A DNA stretch of 64,000 nt from Chloroflexota bacterium (GTDB lineage Bacteria > Chloroflexota > Dehalococcoidia > Bin125). Below the pieces are notes generated by a model that did not search any database, had not been told where the DNA came from, and worked only from the letters and a program-made list of their open reading frames with translations. Below are positions 44,490 through 53,400 of the stretch, piece after piece. The stretch lies in the NCBI GenBank assembly GCA_009838915.1, contig VXQT01000012.1:4671-68670 (forward strand), read 5' to 3'. The translations under genes and the position numbers were made by a program. Numbering within the stretch: the stretch's first letter is position 1; each line of letters opens with the position of its first letter.

Positions 44490-45748
44490 TGACAACCGCA
44501 GAGACCTCGGTGCTCCCCAGCGTGCCCGGCGTCCCCAGCGAAGGCGCCCTCGCCGGCGTCAAGGTGCTCGATCTGATGTGGGTCGTGGCCGGTCCCACGG
44601 CGACGCGCGCCATGGCCGACTTCGGCGCCACCGTCATCCGGGTCGAGTCCGCAAATCGGATCGAGACGGCGCGGGGCATCGGACCGTTTCACAACAACGA
44701 ACAGGGACCCGATCACTCCGGGCTGTTCGGCAACATGAACATCAACAAGCTCGGACTCTCGCTCAACCTGGCCACCGCCGAGGCGCGCGACGTCCTGCTC
44801 GACCTGATCAAGTGGTGCGACGTGTTGTCGGAGTCCTTCTCGCCCCGCGCGATGCGAGCCTGGGGCATGGACTACGAGTCGCTGCGGGAGATCAAGCCCG
44901 ACCTGATCATGCTCTCCACCTGCCTGTTCGGACAGGCAGGGCCGCTCTCTCGCGTCGCGGGATTCGGCACTATGGGTTCGGCGATCGGCGGCTACATCGC
45001 GCTTGCCGGAAATCCAGGGGAAGCGCCCATCGGCCCGTACTCGGCGTACACCGACTATCTCTCGCCTCGCTTCTCGCTGCCCACGATCATGGCCGCACTC
45101 GATCACCGCGACCGGACCGGCGAGGGCCTCTACATCGACCAGGCGCAGGCCGAATCCTCGCTGCACTTCATGAGCGCCGCGCTGCTCGACTACACGATCA
45201 ATGGTCGCGTGCCGCAGCTCGTCGGCAACGCCGATCCCGATATGGCTCCGCACGGCTGCTACCGCGCCAGCGGCGACGACGACTGGGTCGCTATCGCCGT
45301 CCGCAACGACGCAGACTGGGCCAACCTCTGTTCTGCCATGGGCATGGGCGAACTGACCTGCGACGATCGCTTCGCCGACCTCAGCGCCCGCAAGGCCAAC
45401 GAAGACGAGCTCAACGAAATCGTCGGCGGATGGACCGCCGACCGCGGCGCGCTCGAGGTCGAATACATGCTGCAGGCCTTCGGGGTGCCGGCTCACGCGG
45501 TCTCGAACAGCGCTGCCTCGGCGGATGATCCGCAGATGCTGCATCGCGGTCACTTCATCCGCATGGAGCACCCGGTGCACGGAGAGACCGCGTTCGAGGC
45601 GGCCAAGGGCCAGATGTCGGAGACGCCGCCCAGCTACCGCTCCGCCGCGCCCTCGATCGGTCGCGACAACGACCTGGTCCTGCGCGAGATCCTCGGCTAC
45701 GACGACGAGCGGATCGCCCAGCTCGCCATCGCCGACGCGCTCACGTAG
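44489..45748 (+). CDS. CoA-transferase family III (CaiB/BaiF), translationally coupled to the upstream paralog
   Basis: …GVKVLDLMWVVAGPTATRAMADFGATVI…; its start overlaps the preceding stop codon. Confidence 0.85.
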   Translation: MTTAETSVLPSVPGVPSEGALAGVKVLDLMWVVAGPTATRAMADFGATVIRVESANRIETARGIGPFHNNEQGPDHSGLFGNMNINKLGLSLNLATAEARDVLLDLIKWCDVLSESFSPRAMRAWGMDYESLREIKPDLIMLSTCLFGQAGPLSRVAGFGTMGSAIGGYIALAGNPGEAPIGPYSAYTDYLSPRFSLPTIMAALDHRDRTGEGLYIDQAQAESSLHFMSAALLDYTINGRVPQLVGNADPDMAPHGCYRASGDDDWVAIAVRNDADWANLCSAMGMGELTCDDRFADLSARKANEDELNEIVGGWTADRGALEVEYMLQAFGVPAHAVSNSAASADDPQMLHRGHFIRMEHPVHGETAFEAAKGQMSETPPSYRSAAPSIGRDNDLVLREILGYDDERIAQLAIADALT

Positions 45749-45844
45749 GCCGCTCCCGAGCCACACCCCTGACGACGCTGTCGATCAAGCTCTACCCTCC
45801 CATCGGTGCGCAACGTGGGTTGCGACTAGTGCGGGAGGCTTCTG

Positions 45845-46648
45845 ATGGCTGGACGATTGGACGGCAAGGTTGCAGTGATTACCGGCGCGGGCTCTGGCAT
45901 GGGCCGGGCCACCGCGGAGCTCTTCGCGGAGGAGGGCGCGCGTGTGCTGGTCATGGACCGCTGGGCGGAGCGCGCGGAGGACGCCGCCGCCGGCATTGGT
46001 GAGGCGGCGGTCGCGTTCACCGGCGACGTCTCCCAGGGTGAGGACGTGCAGGCGATGTACGCCGCCGCAGTGGATGCATTCGGCGGCATCAACATCATCT
46101 ACAACAACGCCGGCATCGGCGCTCGCGAGGACAACGTCCGCGACTGCCCCGAGTCCGTTTTCGACGAGGTCATCGCGATCAACCTGCGCGGCGTGTGGCT
46201 GGGTATGAAGTACGGCATCCCGCACCTCGAACGGGCCGGCGGCGGGTCGATCATCTCGACCGCCTCGATCGCGGGGATCACGGGACTGTCGGGCATCGGC
46301 GCGTACTGCGCGTCGAAGGGCGGCGTGATCGCGCTGACCCGCGCGGCCGCCGGCGAGTGGGCGTCCAAGGGCATCCGCATCAACTGCATCTGCCCCGGCG
46401 CGATCGCTACGCGGATCGGCGACGACTCGGGCGGCGCGCAGGATCCCGCCAACCTCGAGCGCCGCCGCGAAGGCGGCGCCCGCGCTCATCCCGTCGGCCG
46501 CGGCGGCGAGGGCATCGACATCGCCAACATGGCGCTCTACCTCGCCTCCGACGAATCGACGCTGGTCACCGGACAGGCGATGGTTGTCGACGGCGGCTGG
46601 ACAGCCATAGACCAACGCTACCTCGAGCTCACGGGTCGGGAGTTCTGA
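45845..46648 (+). CDS. SDR family oxidoreductase
   Basis: TGAGSGMG Rossmann motif and YCASKGG catalytic motif. Confidence 0.9.
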   Translation: MAGRLDGKVAVITGAGSGMGRATAELFAEEGARVLVMDRWAERAEDAAAGIGEAAVAFTGDVSQGEDVQAMYAAAVDAFGGINIIYNNAGIGAREDNVRDCPESVFDEVIAINLRGVWLGMKYGIPHLERAGGGSIISTASIAGITGLSGIGAYCASKGGVIALTRAAAGEWASKGIRINCICPGAIATRIGDDSGGAQDPANLERRREGGARAHPVGRGGEGIDIANMALYLASDESTLVTGQAMVVDGGWTAIDQRYLELTGREF

Positions 46649-46777
46649 CATGGGAAACCGACTCTCGGGAAATGTCGAGGTGAGCAACGGTGAGGATGTC
46701 CTGGCCGTGCGTTAGGCCGCCGGCGGCTGGACCGGCCCCGATCTCCGTGACTACTTCATGCGAGGCAACGACTGGTC

Positions 46778-47218
46778 TCAGCGGTAGTCTCCCGACGCCG
46801 ACCAGCGCATGACTCGATCGGGACGCAGCCGCAGCAGGGGACGCTCCTCCAGGTCCATCGACTCGTACTGCGGATACTTGGCCCGCAACGCCTTGATGAC
46901 CCTCGCCGCCTCGTCCTTGTCCCACTTCGACGGCCAGAGCACGTCCGCCGGACCGCGCAGCAGCACCCACCAGAGCCGGCTCCAGTCGTCGTCGTATCGG
47001 TCAGCAAGTAGCGCGAACCGAGGATTTTCCTCGATGTTCGTCAATCGGCGCAGGCGTAGCGTCGTCTTCGGCTTCTCGTCAATTGCGATATAGACGGCCT
47101 CGCCGACGACCTGGAACACGACCGGCTGCAGATGCGGATCGGCATCAGCCGACGCGGTCGAGAGATATCCGTGGCGCGCCGCTTCAAGCTGCGCACGAAC
47201 GTCGTTGAGGGTCGCCAT
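46778..47218 (-). CDS. pyridoxamine-5'-phosphate-oxidase-like (PPOX-class, probable F420-dependent) protein
   Basis: About 147 aa from MATLNDV; …YLSTASADADPH…VWF…YIAI… split-barrel pattern. Confidence 0.65.
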   Translation of the reverse strand: MATLNDVRAQLEAARHGYLSTASADADPHLQPVVFQVVGEAVYIAIDEKPKTTLRLRRLTNIEENPRFALLADRYDDDWSRLWWVLLRGPADVLWPSKWDKDEAARVIKALRAKYPQYESMDLEERPLLRLRPDRVMRWSASGDYR

Positions 47219-47265
47219 CGGATTCCTATACTCGCGGCACACCCCAGAGCCGAACGGAGGATCGC

Positions 47266-47556
47266 ATGCCGGATCGACGCAAGCTGAGTGACTCAGAGAT
47301 TAGCGGCCGACTGTCCGAGATCGCCGGGTGGTCCTACGAGAACGGCTCGTTGACCCGCAGCTTCGGCTTCGACAACTTCGTGTCCGCGTTCGGCTTCATG
47401 TCCTCGGTCGCGCTGCTGGCCGAGAAACTCGACCACCACCCCAACTGGTCCAACGTCTACAACACGGTCGAGATCGCGCTCAACACGCACGACGCCGGCG
47501 GTGTCACCGACTTCGACTTCGTACTCGCCGGCCAGATCAACGAGGTTGCCGGCTAG
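47266..47556 (+). CDS. phhB: 4a-hydroxytetrahydrobiopterin dehydratase (PCD/DCoH)
   Basis: …GWSYENGSLTRSFGFDNF…HHPNWSNVYNTVEIALNTHD…; 96 aa. Confidence 0.9.
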   Translation: MPDRRKLSDSEISGRLSEIAGWSYENGSLTRSFGFDNFVSAFGFMSSVALLAEKLDHHPNWSNVYNTVEIALNTHDAGGVTDFDFVLAGQINEVAG

Positions 47557-48524
47557 TCAGGCAGCCACTCCAGCAACTGCGACCTTGTCGCGTTGGCGCC
47601 GCTGATCACGATCACGAACCGCTTGCCTGCAAGACGCTCACGCTCCTGCTCGGCCGCTGCGACGCCCACGGCGCCCGCCGGTTCGGCCATCACGTGCTGC
47701 AAGTCCCAGAGCAGACGAATGGCGTTGACGATCTGTGCGTCATCAACCAGGATGAAGTCGTTCAGTCTTCCGCGTAGCAAATCCAGTGCCAACGCAAATG
47801 GGGATCCGGTGGCGACGCCTTCGGCGAGACTCCGGTTGGGCCGATCCTCCAGCCGACCCGAGCGCCAGGCGTGATGAGCGGCGGGTGACTGCGCCGACTG
47901 CGCCGCCCAGATCTCGGCATGGTGTCTGAGGCCATCGCGAACCGTGACCCACCCGCACGAGCCGCTGCCACCGCCCAGCGGCAGCAACACCAGGTCGGTG
48001 TCCGGCTGCTGATCTTCCAGCACTTCCAACGCAGCGGTTCCCACGCCGGCGATCAAGCGCGGCTCGATCGGTTCGACATAACGGGCGCCGCGCTCGGCCG
48101 CAAACTCCTCTGCCAGCCGGCGCGCATCATCAAACCGCTCTCCGACAAGCTCCACGTTGCCGCCCAGACGACGAGTCGCCGCGACCTTGTCGGGATTCGC
48201 GTTGGCCGGCATGAAGATCGTCGCTTCGACCCCGATTGAAGTCGCGCCGAAGGCGATCGATTGCGCGTGGTTGCCGGTCGATGACGTGACCAGACCGCGC
48301 TGTCGCTCGTCCTCAGCAAGCTGCGAGGCGAGGTAGACTCCGCCGCGCACTTTGAACGCCGAGGTCGGCGTCACGCACTCCAGCTTCAGCGAGACATCGG
48401 CGTCCCAGCGGTCCGAGAGGGCAGGACTGTGCACGAGCGGAGTCGGCAGCGAGAGAGTTTGTCCGATGATCTCACGCGCCAGGCGGACCTCATCCAGCGT
48501 CGGCCCCGTCGCGTTGCCGCTCAC
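47553..48524 (-). CDS. threonine/serine dehydratase (PLP fold-type II)
   Basis: PLP-lysine motif SFKVRG and a glycine-rich loop GGGSG; 323 aa. Confidence 0.85.
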   Translation of the reverse strand: MSGNATGPTLDEVRLAREIIGQTLSLPTPLVHSPALSDRWDADVSLKLECVTPTSAFKVRGGVYLASQLAEDERQRGLVTSSTGNHAQSIAFGATSIGVEATIFMPANANPDKVAATRRLGGNVELVGERFDDARRLAEEFAAERGARYVEPIEPRLIAGVGTAALEVLEDQQPDTDLVLLPLGGGSGSCGWVTVRDGLRHHAEIWAAQSAQSPAAHHAWRSGRLEDRPNRSLAEGVATGSPFALALDLLRGRLNDFILVDDAQIVNAIRLLWDLQHVMAEPAGAVGVAAAEQERERLAGKRFVIVISGANATRSQLLEWLPD

Positions 48525-49048
48525 GAGCGGTACTTCGCGATCTGCTCTGCCTGCTTCGTGGCGATCGTCTCAGCCGAACGGAAGAAGATGTCGGGCGGAT
48601 CCCAGCCGTTCAGTCCGGCGTAGGTGTCTATTTGCGAGCGGTGGTGGATGTCGTGCTCCATCATCATCAGCAGCACGCGCCAACCGGTCAGCGTCGCGCC
48701 GGGCGTGTCGATCATCTCGATCTGGCGGGTGAGACCCTCCTGGCCGACTTCGCTCACGAGTCTGCTGAACTCTTCGAAGCTGTCGTCCAGCGCCAGCCCC
48801 CAGAGTTCGGCGCGGGACACGTCGGGCGGCTCCGGCGAGATCCAGCCCTCGCGACGGTAGGCGCTGGCGAAATACAGGCGCGAGCCGCACATGTGGCCGA
48901 TCAGCTTGTTGATCGACCAGGCCATCTCACCTTCGCCACCAACTGGCGTCCAGCCGTCAGCCTCCGGCGGCAGCGCGTCCACGTCCCGGACCGCCCGACG
49001 ATTGACCGAGCGGAAGAAGCGCAGAAAGACGTCGATATCGGTGAACAT
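48521..49048 (-). CDS. DinB family protein (DinB_2), third paralog in the window
   Basis: …MMEHDIHHRSQI… motif; 175 aa; 4-nt overlap with the downstream gene. Confidence 0.7.
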   Translation of the reverse strand: MFTDIDVFLRFFRSVNRRAVRDVDALPPEADGWTPVGGEGEMAWSINKLIGHMCGSRLYFASAYRREGWISPEPPDVSRAELWGLALDDSFEEFSRLVSEVGQEGLTRQIEMIDTPGATLTGWRVLLMMMEHDIHHRSQIDTYAGLNGWDPPDIFFRSAETIATKQAEQIAKYRS

Positions 49049-49065
49049 GTAGTCCTCCCCGGCGC

Positions 49066-49764
49066 TCAGAGTCCGAGCGCCTGTTGTGATTCCTGATCGA
49101 GCAGCGTCGGATCGTCGTTCTTGACCGAGTTGACCCGGGTCGACACCGCATCGCCGACAAATGCGTCGTCGGGCGGCAAATCAAGCAGCGTCAGCACAGA
49201 TTCCTTTTCGAGGTTGCCCGGATCGAGCCAGGCTTCCTGCCGATCCGGCGGCAGCACGACCGGCATCCGCGAATGGATGCTCGCCAGCGCTTCCGTCGCC
49301 TCCTTCGTCAGGATCGTGAACGTCATCGCCGGACGGTCGGGCTCGGGATGCCAGATGTCGTAGATGCCGGCGAACAGGAACGGCTCGCGGTCGGCGCGGT
49401 GAATCCAGTGCGGCTGCCGCTGATCCCTGGGACCGCTCCACTCGTACCAGCCGTCGGCCGGCACGAGGCATCGTTGGCGCTGGAACGGCCGCGCGTAGGC
49501 GCGCGACTCGGCCACCGATTCGGAGCGCGCATTGATCTGCCGCGCCGCGCGCTTGGCGTCCTTGGCCCAGGAGTTGACGAGTCCCCAGCGCGCCGGCTGA
49601 GCGGCGAACGCCTCACCGTCGGCCAGGATGACTGGATGCAGCTGCGTCGGCGCGATGTTGAATCGAGGTTGGAAGTCGCAGCCGCCGAACAACTGCACAT
49701 TGAGCCGCTGCACGGCCTCGATGAACTCCAGCGAATCAACCGTCAGCGTGAATCGTCCGCACAT
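49066..49764 (-). CDS. SOS-response-associated peptidase (SRAP/YedK; abasic-site processing protein)
   Basis: Begins with the catalytic MCGRF… and has the conserved …NARSE… region; 232 aa. The ORF-track start at 49887 lies within the repeat array. Confidence 0.85.
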   Translation of the reverse strand: MCGRFTLTVDSLEFIEAVQRLNVQLFGGCDFQPRFNIAPTQLHPVILADGEAFAAQPARWGLVNSWAKDAKRAARQINARSESVAESRAYARPFQRQRCLVPADGWYEWSGPRDQRQPHWIHRADREPFLFAGIYDIWHPEPDRPAMTFTILTKEATEALASIHSRMPVVLPPDRQEAWLDPGNLEKESVLTLLDLPPDDAFVGDAVSTRVNSVKNDDPTLLDQESQQALGL

Positions 49765-49794
49765 GGAGTCAGTGTACGCGGGCCTGAGCTTCTT

Positions 49795-49968
49795 CTCTCC
49801 CCCCGCGACGGGCGGTTGCCGGGTGCATTTTGTACTCTCCCCCCGCGCAGCGGGGGGGGGATGCCGAAGGCAGAGGGGGGCTCCCACTCGTTGGCGTGCT
49901 GCGGTGCCCCCCTCTGTCCCTACGGGACATCTCCCCCCGCAGAGCGGGGGGAGAGGGGATCAGGTACG
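49795..49968. repeat. composite array of 3-4 REP-like units, family A, in both orientations, plus the gtccctacgggac hairpin
   Basis: ctctccccccgcg…; ctctccccccgcgcagcgggggggggatgccgaaggcagagggggg; cccccctctgtccctacgggacatctccccccgcagagcggggggagagggg. Confidence 0.85.
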
Positions 49969-50026
49969 TCGTGACTTAGCATTGGATGAGCTGCTACGCC
50001 GATGTGACAAGTGCAAGGATTTCACC

Positions 50027-50842
50027 ATGTCTGACACCAACAGCGACTCCACCGTGATCTTCGAGAAGCGCGACGACGGCGTCGGCTTGATCACGCTCAA
50101 TCGACCAGAGCGGATGAACGCCTTCGGCGACGATCTGCTGCAGCGTCTGTCGGAGGCACTGGTCGAGTGCGAGGACGACCCCGAGATCCGCTGTGTCGCG
50201 CTGACCGGCGCGGGGCGCGGCTTCTCCGCCGGCGCCGACATCAACAACATGGGCCGGCGCGGGGACGCGCCGCCGCCAGGACCGGGCGTGGTCAACCGAC
50301 GCAGCCACCGCAGCCAGATGGAGACATCGGGCATGCTGCGGGAGATGGGCACGCCCACCGTGTCACTGGTCAACGGCCCCGCCGCCGGCGGCGGACTCGG
50401 ACTCTGTCTGGCCACCGACTTCCGCATCGCCTCGGACCGTGCGCGGTTTGTCACGGCGTTCCGTAACATCGGCGTCTCCGGCGACTACGGCGTGGCCTGG
50501 TTCCTGACCCACATGGTCGGCAACACCCGCGCGCGGGAACTGCTCATGCTCGACCGTCGGCTCAACGCCGGCGAGGCGGAGGCGCTGGGCATCGTCAACA
50601 GGGTCGTGCCGCACGATGAGCTGATGTCCGAAGGCCTGGCGTTCTGCCGCGAGCTGGCGCAGGGGCCGACCGCCGTGCTCTCGATGATGAAGTGGACGCT
50701 CAACTACGCCGCCACATCAAGTCTGAGCGACTCCCTCTACCAGGAGGGCTCACACGTGATGCTCTCGTTTACCGGCGAGGACAACAAGGAAGCGGCTCGC
50801 GCCTTCCTCGAGAAGCGCCCGCCGAATTTCATCGGCCGCTAG
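50027..50842 (+). CDS. enoyl-CoA hydratase/isomerase family
   Basis: GAGRGFSAGADI and VNGPAAGGG oxyanion-hole motifs. Confidence 0.9.
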   Translation: MSDTNSDSTVIFEKRDDGVGLITLNRPERMNAFGDDLLQRLSEALVECEDDPEIRCVALTGAGRGFSAGADINNMGRRGDAPPPGPGVVNRRSHRSQMETSGMLREMGTPTVSLVNGPAAGGGLGLCLATDFRIASDRARFVTAFRNIGVSGDYGVAWFLTHMVGNTRARELLMLDRRLNAGEAEALGIVNRVVPHDELMSEGLAFCRELAQGPTAVLSMMKWTLNYAATSSLSDSLYQEGSHVMLSFTGEDNKEAARAFLEKRPPNFIGR

Positions 50843-50855
50843 TCCGCGAGCGCCC

Positions 50856-50945
50856 TCACCCTAGCCCTCTCCCAGAGGGAGAGGGCACCGGAAGGGGATC
50901 GGAAGCTCCCTCTCCCTCTGGGAGAGGGCTGGGGTAAGGGTCCCC
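50856..50945. repeat. REP-like repeat, family B (ccctctccc-N-gggagaggg hairpins, two units)
   Basis: ccctctcccagagggagaggg … ccctctccctctgggagagggctggggtaagggtcccc. Confidence 0.8.
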
Positions 50946-50959
50946 GCAGATAAACCGAA

Positions 50960-50982
50960 CCCCCGGACGCGAAGTCCGGGGG
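50960..50982 (-). terminator. GC-rich hairpin (9-bp stem, GCGAA loop), candidate intrinsic terminator for a minus-strand transcript
   Basis: cccccggac-gcgaa-gtccggggg; on the minus strand it is followed by UUCGGUUUAUCU. Confidence 0.4.
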
Positions 50983-51399
50983 TCGGCCAGGAAGCGGGGC
51001 CGGGCGAGCGAGAAACCCGTGCCCCTGAGTGCGCCGGGCGGTCGCTCCCGGCGTGACTCTCGTTTCGGCGGCCAATGGCGGACCGACGGAGCCGTGCTCA
51101 AGACACGGGTTCTTGTCTGCGCACCCACCTGCAAATCGCAAGCCGATGCGCAATCTCCCTCGGTCGCCTACGGGGTTAGCTGACGGGTTCGGCGCAAGGG
51201 AGCGCGCCGTGCGACTCATCGACTCTGCGAGCGGACGATTCGCATTCACCCCAAGTTGGTGGGTCCCCCGCTCCCCGCTCGGCAATCACGCCGTCCGGGG
51301 ATTCGGCCCCAATATTCAGTTGTACGTCCCAGCCTATCGAGTCCCCGGACCAATTGCCACCCGCGTAACAGCGAGTTAACCGAACTTGCGCTCCCTGTT

Positions 51400-51497
51400 T
51401 GACCTCTCCCCCCGCCGTCAGGCGGAGAGGGCCCGGTGAATTCTCCTCTCCCCCCGCCGCCAGACGGGGGGAGATGCCGAAGGCAGAGGGGGGCGCC
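51400..51497. repeat. REP-like repeat, family A (two units, forward)
   Basis: ctctccccccgccgtcaggcggagagg … ctctccccccgccgccagacggggggagatgccgaaggcagagggggg. Confidence 0.85.
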
Positions 51498-51508
51498 GCC
51501 TGCTCAAC

Positions 51509-51706
51509 TCAAGGCTTGCAACCCATGGCCAGCAGATCCTTGCGCAGGTCGTTGATCCGATCGTAGATCTGCCGCAACTCCGGATTCGGCCTGCCCAGCG
51601 GCCCTTCTCCGGGCTGCGGCGGAAGCTTGCCCGGCATGTCGTCGGCCAGCTTGTTCAGGCGTGCGCGCTCGGCGCGCATCTCTTCACAGCGTGCGTCGTC
51701 TGCCAT
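51509..51706 (-). CDS. small hypothetical protein (65 aa)
   Basis: MADDARCEEMRAERARLNKL…; strong GC3 codon bias supports that it is coding. Confidence 0.45.
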   Translation of the reverse strand: MADDARCEEMRAERARLNKLADDMPGKLPPQPGEGPLGRPNPELRQIYDRINDLRKDLLAMGCKP

Positions 51707-51717
51707 GGTTTGGCCTC

Positions 51718-51999
51718 CTATTGGGTTCGTTCCCGGTGCGCCCGATCGAGCGCTTCAGCCTCGACTCGCGGCAACGCCACTCGCGAGCTCAGCGCCAGGC
51801 CCAGCGCAGACGCCTCGCGGACGACGCGAAAGAGCGACAGTTCGTCCGGCGTCTCAATCGTTAGCGACAACCTATTGTCGACCTGTAGCACCTGCAACAC
51901 CTGTCCGCCGGTGCGCTGGACCAGTCCGTCCAACTCGTCCAGCACCTGCTTCAGAGGCAGCGCGGCGTTCCAGTCGGCGTCGCAGAGATAGAGCGGCAT
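51718..51999 (-). CDS. small hypothetical protein (93 aa)
   Basis: MPLYLCDADWNAALPLKQVLDELDG…; strong GC3 bias; 12-nt gap to the downstream small ORF. Confidence 0.5.
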   Translation of the reverse strand: MPLYLCDADWNAALPLKQVLDELDGLVQRTGGQVLQVLQVDNRLSLTIETPDELSLFRVVREASALGLALSSRVALPRVEAEALDRAHRERTQ

Positions 52000-52007
52000 G
52001 AGTCGTA

Positions 52008-52048
52008 TCGTACCCTCACCCCGACCCTCTCCCGGAGGGAGAGGGAGT
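52008..52048. repeat. REP-like repeat, family B, single unit
   Basis: ccctcaccccgaccctctcccggagggagaggg. Confidence 0.75.
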
Positions 52049-52067
52049 CATGGAACGAGAGGCCGCG

Positions 52068-52955
52068 ATGGAACGCATCGGATTTATCGGCTTGGGGATC
52101 ATGGGCGTACCCATGGTGGCAAATCTGATCGAGGCCGGCTATGCGCCGACCGTCTGGAACCGTTCCCGGCCCGGCATCGATGCCTGCGTCGAGCTTGGCG
52201 CGACGGCTGCCGACTCGCCCCGGGCCGCAGCCGAGGCTTCGGACATCCTGATTACGATCGTCACCGACTCTCCCGATGTCGAAGACGTGCTGGTCGGCCG
52301 CGACGACGCGGCGATCCACGGGCTCGTCGAGGGATCGGTCGTGATCGATATGTCGACGATCTCTCCGGCCGTCACCCGCGAGCTCGCCGCCCGATTGTCG
52401 GAGCGCGGTGTGGCGATGCTCGACGCGCCGGTCTCCGGCGGCGACAGCGGCGCCAAGGCGGGCACGCTCTCGATCATGGTCGGCGGAGACGCCGACGCGC
52501 TGGAACGATGCTCGCCCGTGCTGGAGGCGATGGGTTCAACGATTACCCACTGTGGCCCGACCGGGGCCGGGCAGACGGTCAAGCTTTGCAATCAAGTGGC
52601 GATCGCCGGCGCGCTACTGGGAGTCTGCGAGGCGCTCTCGCTGGCCGACAAGTCAGGCGTCGACCAGGAACGGATGCTGGCCGCGATCTCGGCCGGCGCC
52701 GCCGGCAGCTGGCAGCTCTCCAACCTGGGTCCGAAGATTGCCGTGGGCGATTACGCGCCGGGATTCATGGTGCGGCTGATGCAAAAGGACCTGCGGCTCG
52801 CGCTCGAGGCCGGCGGCGACGTCATGCAGCCAATGCCCAATACGTCGTTCGTCCACCAGCTCTACCATCAGCTCCAGGCGTCGGGACTTGGCGACGAAGG
52901 AACGCAAGCGCTGGCCCGAGTGGTCTCAGGGCTGGGCGACAGCATCTTCGAGTAG
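52068..52955 (+). CDS. NAD(P)-dependent 3-hydroxyisobutyrate/2-hydroxy-3-oxopropionate reductase family (MmsB/GarR-like)
   Basis: IGFIGLGIMG Rossmann motif and the catalytic …VSGG… region; 295 aa. Confidence 0.85.
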   Translation: MERIGFIGLGIMGVPMVANLIEAGYAPTVWNRSRPGIDACVELGATAADSPRAAAEASDILITIVTDSPDVEDVLVGRDDAAIHGLVEGSVVIDMSTISPAVTRELAARLSERGVAMLDAPVSGGDSGAKAGTLSIMVGGDADALERCSPVLEAMGSTITHCGPTGAGQTVKLCNQVAIAGALLGVCEALSLADKSGVDQERMLAAISAGAAGSWQLSNLGPKIAVGDYAPGFMVRLMQKDLRLALEAGGDVMQPMPNTSFVHQLYHQLQASGLGDEGTQALARVVSGLGDSIFE

Positions 52956-52959
52956 GCGA

Positions 52960-53400
52960 CTAGTGCGAGTGCATCTCGCCAATCGTCTCGTCGGCGTGCG
53001 CGAGGCGTTCGGCGACGTGCTGCAACATGGCCCAGAGCACGGTCGCGGTCGCATTTTCGGCGAACGCGGCGCGCAGGATCTGCAGGCACTCCGTGCTTTC
53101 CTTGGCCACCACCGTGGCCGAACGAGGGCGACCGAGCAGCAGCGCCATTTCGCCGAAGAAGTCTCCCTCGCCGAACGAAGCCAGCAGCGTCTGGTCGTCC
53201 GAATCGTAGGCCTGATACACGTCCACGGACCCACTGCGAATGATGTGCAGCGAGGTCCCCAGGTCGCCTTCGCGATCGATCACCTGCCCCGCCACGTAGT
53301 TCTGGATCTGAACCCAACCGGCGATCTCGTGCAACTCATCGCGGTCGACGCGAGAGAACAACGAAGTGTTGGACAGCATGTCTTCAATCGAAACCGGCAT
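52960..53400 (-). CDS. cyclic-nucleotide-binding (cNMP/Crp effector) domain-only protein
   Basis: …GEGDFFGEMALL…RSATV… phosphate-binding-cassette pattern; about 147 aa; no DNA-binding domain. Confidence 0.8.
   Translation of the reverse strand: MPVSIEDMLSNTSLFSRVDRDELHEIAGWVQIQNYVAGQVIDREGDLGTSLHIIRSGSVDVYQAYDSDDQTLLASFGEGDFFGEMALLLGRPRSATVVAKESTECLQILRAAFAENATATVLWAMLQHVAERLAHADETIGEMHSH

Noticed and set aside
51029-51379. 116-aa + ORF in the non-coding block
   Set aside because: Its codon usage is mixed and A/T-ending (tca aga cac, tta gct, aat att cag ttg tac), unlike real genes here. It has no homolog features.
50946-51399. Attempted assignment of the non-coding block to RNase P RNA, tmRNA, SRP RNA, a cobalamin riboswitch or a group II intron (a domain-V-like gagccgtg…cacgggttc)
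   Set aside because: Signature motifs are absent on both strands. These are GGAAAGUCCGG and GUAAGAGCGCACC for RNase P; the 5' GGGG…/3' …CUCCACCA ends with an ALAA tag for tmRNA; AGGUCCGGAAGGAAGCAGC for SRP; and GCCACUG for the B12 box. The domain-V-like element is about 10 nt too short.
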